Source: Cenarchaeum sp. (GTDB lineage: Archaea; Thermoproteota; Nitrososphaeria; Nitrososphaerales; Nitrosopumilaceae). From it: a stretch of DNA of 32,000 bases. Every line of letters begins with the position of its first letter. Position 1 is the first letter of the stretch. The DNA is taken from assembly GCA_965206845.1 (NCBI GenBank), contig OZ242221.1:136690-168689 (forward strand), in the 5' to 3' direction. The notes beneath the pieces were generated by a model. It was not told where the DNA came from. It searched no databases and saw only the letters and a list, made by a program, of their open reading frames with translations. Shown here piece by piece: positions 25,771-32,000 of this stretch. Position numbers and translations under genes: made by a program.

Positions 25771-26561
25771 CAAAGAGAGTGATTCCGTGCCTAGACGTCA
25801 AGGACGGCAGGGTGGTCAAGGGCCTGCGTTTTGTCGCCATCAAGGATGCAGGAGATCCCGTGGAGCTGGCAAAAAGATATGCCGAGGAGGGCGCCGACGA
25901 GCTGATCTTTTTGGACATAACCGCCTCCGAGGAGAGGAGGGAGACCATCAAGAGCTTGGTCTCCGGGGTTGCCGGCGTGCTAGACATACCGTTTACCGTG
26001 GGCGGCGGCATCAGCACGCTGCAAGACGCCCGCCAGGTTCTGCTCAGCGGAGCCGACAAAGTGGCGGTAAACACCGCCGCCGTCAAGAACCCAGGACTGA
26101 TCACCGAGATGATGGGGCTGTTTGGCAGGCAGTGCGTCGTGGTCGCGGTGGACGCAAAGAGGAACTATGATGCCGCGGCCGGCAAAAACGTGTTTGGTGG
26201 CGATGCGGGATTCTGGTTTGAGGTCTTTGTGTATGGCGGCAAGGAGGGCACCGGAATCGACGCGATAGAGTGGGTAAAGGAGGCGCAAAGGATGGGCGCG
26301 GGCGAGATACTCCTCACCAGCATCGACAGGGACGGGACCGGGGACGGGTACGACACGCTTCTTACCCGGGAGGTGGTGAGATCCGTCTCGATTCCGGTGA
26401 TCGCGTCCGGCGGGTGCGGGGGTGCAAGCCACATGGCAGACATATTCCGGGACTCGGATGTGGACGCGGCCCTAGCAGCATCCATATTTCACTATGAGCG
26501 GCAGGGCGTCCGCGGGGTAAAGCAGGTTTTAAAGGAGAGGGGAGTCCCCGTACGGTTGTAG
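25764..26561 (+). CDS. hisF: Imidazole glycerol phosphate synthase, cyclase subunit
   Basis: It has RVIPCLDVKDGRVVKG, ADELIFLDITAS, TVGGGI and IASGGCG. ATGCTGA overlap with hisA. Confidence 0.93.
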   Translation: MLTKRVIPCLDVKDGRVVKGLRFVAIKDAGDPVELAKRYAEEGADELIFLDITASEERRETIKSLVSGVAGVLDIPFTVGGGISTLQDARQVLLSGADKVAVNTAAVKNPGLITEMMGLFGRQCVVVAVDAKRNYDAAAGKNVFGGDAGFWFEVFVYGGKEGTGIDAIEWVKEAQRMGAGEILLTSIDRDGTGDGYDTLLTREVVRSVSIPVIASGGCGGASHMADIFRDSDVDAALAASIFHYERQGVRGVKQVLKERGVPVRL

Positions 26562-26563
26562 AG

Positions 26564-26896
26564 GTGGGCATTATAGAAAAAAGCATAGACGACATCGATT
26601 TTGAGAAGGGCAACGGGCTGGTTCCGGCCGTGGTGCAAGACGCGGCAACACGCGACGTGCTCACGCTGGCATACACAAACAGGGAGTCACTGGAGCTGAC
26701 CAAGCGTACCGGCAGGTCGTGGTTCTGGAGCAGGTCGCGGAACAAGCTGTGGATGAAGGGCGAGGAGTCAGGCAGCGTGCAGAAGGTGAAGCAGATCCTG
26801 GTGGACTGCGACTGCGACGCCGTGATATATCTCGTGGAGCCTGCGGGTCCTGCGTGCCATACGGGCGAGCGGGCCTGCTTTCACCACGCGCTGTAG
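26564..26896 (+). CDS. hisI: Phosphoribosyl-AMP cyclohydrolase (monofunctional, no HisE domain)
   Basis: It has LVPAVVQDAATRDVLTLAYTNRESL...WFWSRSRNKLWMKGEESG...DCDCDAVIYLVEPAGPACHTGERACF. GTG start. Confidence 0.9.
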   Translation: MGIIEKSIDDIDFEKGNGLVPAVVQDAATRDVLTLAYTNRESLELTKRTGRSWFWSRSRNKLWMKGEESGSVQKVKQILVDCDCDAVIYLVEPAGPACHTGERACFHHAL

Positions 26897-26911
26897 CGCA
26901 AGCCTAACCTC

Positions 26912-27064
26912 CTACTTGGCAAACCGCATGAGATCGGCAGCGATCCCATCCATGCACTTTTACGGACATGGGCCATGCGCACCGCGAGCATTCTTGTTAG
27001 CCACCTTGGGGTCCTCTTCTTTCTTGTACGCCTTTTCGAGATCTTCCTGCTCTGTCCTGTCCAT
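26912..27064 (-). pseudogene. Frameshifted remnant of a transposase N-terminal helix-turn-helix (IS630-like?)
   Basis: The minus strand reads MDRTEQEDLEKAYKKEEDPKVAN then a stop. The +1 frame continues RMLAVRMAHVRK, and the original frame resumes MDGIAADLMRFAK*. Spliced together, ...KEEDPKVA.RMLAVRM...IAADLMRFAK resembles the HTH region of IS630-type transposases. No catalytic domain or inverted ends are present. Confidence 0.35.
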
Positions 27065-27211
27065 ACCATACCATACCAGAAGGTAAGCCGATCTACAAAC
27101 TTTCTGGTTGCGTGCGTATGGGCCGGAACGGACTTTGGCTCGCCACTACACAAACAAGGAAAAACAGCCAAACCACGTTGGCGCAAAAAAACCCCCGCGG
27201 TTCCGGTTGTG

Positions 27212-27265
27212 TTACCCACTGTTTTTTACTATAACACACAGCATTTATTTAGAAACAGTGGGTAA
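27212..27265. promoter_or_regulatory. 13-bp perfect inverted repeat bracketing the Fic promoter (putative operator)
   Basis: ttacccactgttt (27212-27224) is the exact reverse complement of aaacagtgggtaa (27253-27265). The 28-nt spacer contains the A/T-rich boxes ttactataa and catttatttag. The right arm ends on the A of the fic ATG. Confidence 0.55.
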
Positions 27266-28155
27266 TGGAAACAATGGTTACCGTAATAAGAAGAAAAAAG
27301 GGAGAACGGTTCTTCTACTATCTGAAACACACGTCCACGTCAAGGCAGAAGGAGACGTATTTGGGGCGCAGCATTCCGGAGAACATTGGCGAATTGAAGG
27401 AGAAGTTCATGCTTGACTTTTACAGGCAGGAATGGCAACCCAAACTTGAAGCGATCTCGAGAGGATACAATGCAGAACTGGAGCGTATGCCAAAGAACGT
27501 CCACGAGGACATCTTGGCTAACTTCTATGCAGACTTTACATACAACACACAGAGAATAGAGGGTTCCACCATGACGTTCCGTGAGACGGCGGACCTTCTG
27601 CTACACGGTATTCCGCCTCCGGGCAGGCCAGAAAGTGAGAGACACGAGGCGGAGTTGCACAAGGAGACGCTCATGAGGATTCTGGAGGGAGAGCAGGACA
27701 TCACAATGAAGACCATACTGGTGTGGCACGAGACGATCTTTTCGCGGACGGACCACGCCGACGCCGGAACCCTTCGCAGATATCCGGTGGGTGTAAGGGG
27801 AAGCAGGACGGAATTTCCTCTTTGGTACGATGTACCCGAGGAGATGGACAAGTTCTTTGCATGGTACAGGGCGGCCAAGAGTGCGCTGAATCCGGCAGAG
27901 CTTGCGGCCATGGCACACTACAGGTTTGTCTTGATTCACCCGTTCGGCGATGGAAACGGCAGGATCTCAAGGCTGATCATGAACTGCATCCTGCACAACG
28001 GCGGTTATCCCATGTTCATCATAAGAGTCAGGAACAGGGCATCCTACGCCAGATCCCTGGAGAGATCAAGCCTTAGCGGCAACGCAATATTCTTTGCTCA
28101 GTGGTTTATGAAAAGGTACATCAACTCCAACTCGCAGCACCTGGACAAATCATGA
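27265..28155 (+). CDS. Fic/DOC-family protein (putative AMPylase) with N-terminal auto-inhibitory motif
   Basis: It has the canonical active site HPFGDGNGRISR (HxFx[DE]GNGRxxR). TQRIEG at about aa 94-99 fits the inhibitory (S/T)xxxE(G/N) motif. The N-terminus KKGERFFYYLKH...YLGRSIPENIGELKEKF is typical of archaeal Fic proteins. Confidence 0.88.
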   Translation: METMVTVIRRKKGERFFYYLKHTSTSRQKETYLGRSIPENIGELKEKFMLDFYRQEWQPKLEAISRGYNAELERMPKNVHEDILANFYADFTYNTQRIEGSTMTFRETADLLLHGIPPPGRPESERHEAELHKETLMRILEGEQDITMKTILVWHETIFSRTDHADAGTLRRYPVGVRGSRTEFPLWYDVPEEMDKFFAWYRAAKSALNPAELAAMAHYRFVLIHPFGDGNGRISRLIMNCILHNGGYPMFIIRVRNRASYARSLERSSLSGNAIFFAQWFMKRYINSNSQHLDKS

Positions 28156-28282
28156 CGGCAAGCCCGCCAGTCTGAGAGTTTCACCGCCATGCAATTCTGT
28201 GGAATCCGCTTCAGTGCCAGCATCGCGTCAACTCCCTTGCCGATACCCAATCTATAAACAGGTGAACAGATACTACAAATCA

Positions 28283-28480
28283 GTGAACACGATCAACCCC
28301 CGAAGCAACTGGTGGTTCCTGCTTCCGATCTTCATGGCAATAATCGGGGGAGTGATAGCCTACTTTGTGCTCAGGCACGACGATCCAAAAAAAGCCAAGA
28401 ACTGCCTGTATCTCGGAATCATTCTCACGGTAGTAGGAATCGTGTCCAACTCACTATTCCCCGCAGAGCCTCTGCCCTGA
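28283..28480 (+). CDS. Small two-helix membrane protein (about 65 aa), start uncertain
   Basis: It reads NWWFLLPIFMAIIGGVIAYFVLRHDDPKKAKNCLYLGIILTVVGIV, two hydrophobic helices around a basic loop. The GTG at 28283 lies about 28 nt downstream of the TATA-like tctataaaca. The ORF is open back to the GTG at 28199. Confidence 0.5.
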   Translation: MNTINPRSNWWFLLPIFMAIIGGVIAYFVLRHDDPKKAKNCLYLGIILTVVGIVSNSLFPAEPLP

Positions 28481-28850
28481 AGCGCTCGTGATGCTTCCAG
28501 TGTTGCGGGAACGCTGCCGCGGCGTTGCGACACATACCTCTAAACTCGAATAAAGGAACGCAAAAACCACACACAGCCAGACAACCACCGCAAACAGGCA
28601 TACTGGCAAGAGCCTGTATGCTCCCGAGTAGGCACGGACGCTCAAAACACCTGCATGAGAAAGGCCAATTTATGATCCGATGCCACCGCAGAAGGGCCAA
28701 GGCCGCAACCGGCCAAAAGAGCAGGGATGGGAGGCGCCAGATGCAGGATCTGCGCCCAAACCCCCCTGCCTTTTCGGCAAGATTGCCCCGATCTATTGCA
28801 GGGTCAGCATGGCAGAAAACCCCGCCGGTTCGCATTTCATGCCCAGGAGC

Positions 28851-28927
28851 TAAACCCCCCTCCAGCAGTACCCGTCCCAGGCACTGAACCGTTTTTCCAC
28901 AAATGCCCGGTTTTGAGGGGGGTTTAA
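28851..28927. repeat. 12-bp inverted repeat built on the AAACCCCCC motif
   Basis: taaacccccctc (28851-28862) pairs with gaggggggttta (28916-28927). Further direct copies of aaacccccc occur at 28758-28766 and 29017-29025. agctaaacccccc is repeated exactly at 28848-28860 and 29013-29025. Confidence 0.7.
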
Positions 28928-29138
28928 CACTCAGGCACAGATACCGCAACCAACCGTCAAAGCACCCCCATCGTCCGTTGAGATGCCCACGATCGTCTCA
29001 TCCCATGAACAAAAGCTAAACCCCCCGGAATGCACGAAAGCGTGCAGGATGTTGTATGGTACAAGGCCCGTGCACGCACGCTAGGGTATGTGGGAAACTA
29101 GGCTACGGCATGAGCCGGAGGTGGTTACCGCATAGAGT

Positions 29139-32000
29139 CTAACAATCAATAACGTTGCTGCCACTGTCAATGTCGTCATTGAATCCCGGGCTAGGGCCAT
29201 CATTGCTGGGGTCGTTCTCCCGCGGATCAACATCGGCGAGCGCGCGGGCGCTGGAGATGCCTCCGCTATGATGCGGCATATCTGAAGTCTTGGAAACTAT
29301 AACCATAATAGCGATCGGGTTGTCAGATGACGCATCGATCGGGTTGCCGGTGGGGTCGGTCACGGCCGAAGATGAAATATCCAGCTGCGGGATGGCCAGA
29401 GAGACGGCCGACTGGCGCTGCGTCTCGGTTAGCGTGACGTTGATTGTATCAGTGTAGGCGATCGTGGTTATGATGGCACCCTCCAGTGGGATCTGATTCT
29501 CCTGATCCAGATCACTGATGAACAACCTGGTCAGATCGATGTTGCTGACAGAGACGCTGTCAATCGGCTCTGAAAATGTAATCGTCAAGACACCTGTTAC
29601 GCCGATCAGGGCAGCCGATGAGAACCCCGGCGCGGTAGTGTCTGCAGTGAGGGCGATTATCTGGACACCGTCGTCGACGGTGCCAGACACTACGGCATAC
29701 GCGTCAGAGCCGATCCATGCGGTGGCGATGCCGGCGGCGCCGTCAAGCTCCGTAAAGCCCCCCTCCCCGTCGGTCAGGGCGGCCACGGCGACCGGGCCGG
29801 AAGGGTCCGTGATGTCGATTATCTGGACACCGTCGTCGTCTTCGCTTGCCACAAGCGCGTATGTGATACTACCGACATTTGCAATGGCAATACCGCATGC
29901 GCCGTCAAGCTCCATAAAGCCGTCTTTTCCATCGCCCACTGACGAGGCAGCAGCCGGACTGGAGGGATCCGTGATGTTGATTATCTGGACACCGTCCCCA
30001 CTTCTACTTGTCACAAGAGCGTACACAAAGTCGCCGATCCTTGCGGTGGCGACGCCGCATGCGCCGTCAAGCTCCATAAAGCCGTCTTTTCCGTCTCCTA
30101 CTGACGAGGCAGCAGCCGGACTGGAGGGATCCGTGATGTTGATTATCTGGACACCGTCGTCGTTTCCGCTTGCCACGAGCGCGTACATAGATCCGCCGAT
30201 CCCTGCGATGGCGATGCCGGCGGCGCCGTCAAGCTCCGTAAAGCCCCCCTCCCCGTCGGTCATGGCGGCCACGGCTACTGGGCTAGAGGGGTCCGTAATG
30301 TCGATTATCTGAACGCCGTCGTCGTTTCCGCTTGCCACGAGCGCGTACATAGATCCGCCGATCCCTGCGATGGCGATGCCAGCGGCGCCATCAAGCTCCG
30401 TAAAGCCCTCCTCCCCGTCGGTCATGGCGGCCACGGCTACTGGGCTAGAGGGGTCCGTAATGTCGATTATCTGAACGCCGTCGTCGTCTTCGCTTGCCAC
30501 GAGCGCATACGCAGAGTCGCCGATCCTTGCGGTGGCGATACCGCACGCGCCGTCAAGCTCCGTAAAGCCCTCTTCTTCATCGCTAGCAGACGAGACGGCG
30601 GCAGGGGCAAAGGGATCTGTGATGTTGATTATCTGGATACCGTTGTCAGTGGAGCCGGTGACGATGGAGTATGTGCCGGAACCAATTCCAATGATGGCTA
30701 CGCCGCATGCGCCGCCAAGATTAGTAAAGCCAGCATCTGCGTCATCCACGGCGGATGCCGGAGTCGGAGATATCGGAATGGTAGTGTCAGTGACGGTTAT
30801 GTCAATTGCACGATCAGGAGAGGCGTCAATCGGGTTGTCGTCGGTGCCCGCTACGGCCGATGACGCAATGTCCAGCTGCGCCGTATCCAGCGTGATAACA
30901 GACCGGCGTTGCAGCTCGGTCAACCTGACGGTAATTGTGGCAGGGTCACTAGACGCGATCGTTGCCGCCCCTGCCAGCGCAATCCGGTCTGTCTCTCCCA
31001 CATCACTGATGAAAAGTTTGGCCAGATCAACGCCTGTGGAACTGATTGGCTTTGAGAACGTAATCGCAAGGATGCCCGTTACCTCGTCTAGAGTGGCCGA
31101 CAGGAACTCTGGCGGGGATGGGTGGGCAATATCGATTATCTGGATGGCATTGTCCATCTCCGATGCAACAAGGGCGTACAATTTGGTTCCGATTGCCACG
31201 GTGGCTATGTCAGACGCGCCGCCGAGTCCGTCAAACCCGTCCTCGCCGTCGATCGCAGACGCCACGGCAGTCGGGCTGAAAGGGTTTGTGATGTCTATTA
31301 CCTGCACGCCCCCGTCAGTGGCCGATGCGACAAAGGCGTACGTGGAGGAGCCGATTGCAACAGCAGCGATTCCGCGCGCTCCGGCAAGCTCGTCAAACCC
31401 GTCCCTGTCGTCGCTCACAGACGAGACGGCGACCGGATCTGAGGCATTCGTGATGTCGATTATTTGGACGCCGCTATCATACTCCGACGCGACAAGGGCA
31501 TAAGTGGAGGAGTCGATTGTGACTGTGGTGATTCCGGACGCGCCGGCAAGCTCGTCAAACCCACCAATTCTGTCACTCACAGACGAGACGGCGGCCGGGC
31601 TGGAGGGATTCGTGATGTCGATTATCTGGACGCCGTCATCGGCGTACGACGCGACGAGGGCGTACGTGGAGGCGCCGATTGTAACTGCAGCGATTCCGCG
31701 CGCGCCGGCAAGCTCGTCAAACCCGCCTTCCCCATCGGTGACAGACGCGGTTGCCGCCGGGCTGGAGGGATCCGTGACGTCGATTATCTGGACGCCGTCA
31801 TCGGCGTACGACGCGACGAGGGCGTACGTTCTGGCGCCTATCGTAACTGCAACGATGTCGGCCGCGCCGTCAAGCTCGTCAAACCTTCCCATTCCATCGG
31901 TGGCAGACGCCACGGTAGCGGGGTTGAAGGGATCCGTGACGTTGATTATCTGGACGCTGCTGTCCCAGTACGACGCGACGAGGGCATAGGTTAAGGCGCC
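29139..32000 (-). CDS. Large LVIVD-repeat beta-propeller protein (putative surface protein), 5' end beyond window
   Basis: The frame stays open to nt 32000 upstream of the track's GTG start (…GALTYALVASYWDSSVQIINVTDPFNPATVASATDG…). At least 13 units of about 54-57 aa follow the pattern G.(A/C)GIA...IG...YALVAS..DDGVQIIDITDPS.P. Two non-propeller modules of about 105-120 aa (aa 268-375 and 752-872) resemble each other. The C-terminus is acidic and no C-terminal TM helix is seen. Confidence 0.8.
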   Translation of the reverse strand, partial: GALTYALVASYWDSSVQIINVTDPFNPATVASATDGMGRFDELDGAADIVAVTIGARTYALVASYADDGVQIIDVTDPSSPAATASVTDGEGGFDELAGARGIAAVTIGASTYALVASYADDGVQIIDITNPSSPAAVSSVSDRIGGFDELAGASGITTVTIDSSTYALVASEYDSGVQIIDITNASDPVAVSSVSDDRDGFDELAGARGIAAVAIGSSTYAFVASATDGGVQVIDITNPFSPTAVASAIDGEDGFDGLGGASDIATVAIGTKLYALVASEMDNAIQIIDIAHPSPPEFLSATLDEVTGILAITFSKPISSTGVDLAKLFISDVGETDRIALAGAATIASSDPATITVRLTELQRRSVITLDTAQLDIASSAVAGTDDNPIDASPDRAIDITVTDTTIPISPTPASAVDDADAGFTNLGGACGVAIIGIGSGTYSIVTGSTDNGIQIINITDPFAPAAVSSASDEEEGFTELDGACGIATARIGDSAYALVASEDDDGVQIIDITDPSSPVAVAAMTDGEEGFTELDGAAGIAIAGIGGSMYALVASGNDDGVQIIDITDPSSPVAVAAMTDGEGGFTELDGAAGIAIAGIGGSMYALVASGNDDGVQIINITDPSSPAAASSVGDGKDGFMELDGACGVATARIGDFVYALVTSRSGDGVQIINITDPSSPAAASSVGDGKDGFMELDGACGIAIANVGSITYALVASEDDDGVQIIDITDPSGPVAVAALTDGEGGFTELDGAAGIATAWIGSDAYAVVSGTVDDGVQIIALTADTTAPGFSSAALIGVTGVLTITFSEPIDSVSVSNIDLTRLFISDLDQENQIPLEGAIITTIAYTDTINVTLTETQRQSAVSLAIPQLDISSSAVTDPTGNPIDASSDNPIAIMVIVSKTSDMPHHSGGISSARALADVDPRENDPSNDGPSPGFNDDIDSGSNVIDC
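30141..30464 (-). repeat. Two adjacent 162-bp intragenic repeats, 157/162 identical
   Basis: 30141-30302 versus 30303-30464 gave 5 mismatches by hand alignment. Each unit encodes one 54-aa LVIVD blade (MTDGE.GFTELDGAAGIAIAGIGGSMYALVASGNDDGVQII.ITDPSSP...). Confidence 0.9.

Noticed and set aside
26881-27219. 112-aa minus-strand ORF taken as a gene
   Set aside because: Only its C-terminal third is protein-like, and that part matches one frame of the frameshifted transposase HTH remnant. The rest is translated intergenic sequence.
29700-30500. Regularly spaced repeats that could be mistaken for a CRISPR array
   Set aside because: The period is 162 nt with no short conserved repeat and unique spacer alternation. 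The whole unit is repeated and lies in frame within a coding sequence. No cas genes or leader are present.
29518-31994. Long plus-strand ORFs (264, 323, 176, 161, 106 aa) across 29.5-32 kb
   Set aside because: They are antisense or alternative-frame shadows of the GC-rich, repetitive LVIVD gene. Their translations are Ser/Pro/Ala-rich low-complexity mirrors of the repeat and lack motifs. The minus-strand frame has the coherent blade pattern.

Overview
GC-rich archaeal chromosomal segment. The evidence is aEF-2 with a diphthamide loop, ribosomal protein S4e, RNase P protein Rpp29 inside the ribosomal-protein operon, and TATA boxes about 25-30 nt upstream of start codons. My unverified guess is a high-GC ammonia-oxidising thaumarchaeon (Nitrososphaerota, Cenarchaeum-like). 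Layout, left to right: (1) 1-9.8 kb holds housekeeping and conserved genes: aEF-2 (5'-truncated), an O-methyltransferase, a DUF2203-like gene, a MenA-like prenyltransferase, ilvA and purE. These surround a small minus-strand cluster of a class III nucleotidyl cyclase and tiny Cys-rich proteins that the 60-aa ORF track misses. (2) 10.2-18.2 kb is a tightly coupled ribosomal-protein operon: L3-L4-L23-S19-L22-S3-L29-Rpp29-S17-L14-L24-S4e-L5-S14-S8-L6. L2 is missing from its universal position, and L24 carries a repeat-containing acidic tail. (3) 18.5-19.3 kb holds tRNA-Asn(GUU), followed directly by an ORF-free stretch of about 365 nt with RNase P RNA CR-I and CR-V motifs, then a zinc-ribbon gene. 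(4) 19.5-26.9 kb is a near-complete histidine operon, hisG-D-C-[HAD hydrolase]-B-H-A-F-I, with overlapping stops and starts. Its only gap holds a 91-nt element with perfect 16-bp inverted ends. (5) 26.9-32 kb looks accessory: a frameshifted transposase HTH remnant, a Fic gene whose promoter is bracketed by a 13-bp inverted repeat, a small membrane protein, a 660-bp non-coding stretch with a recurring AAACCCCCC motif, and a large LVIVD-repeat beta-propeller protein that runs off the window and contains near-identical 162-bp tandem repeats. No CRISPR array, rRNA or recognisable defence operon was seen. All functional calls come from motif recognition by eye. No database search was run.
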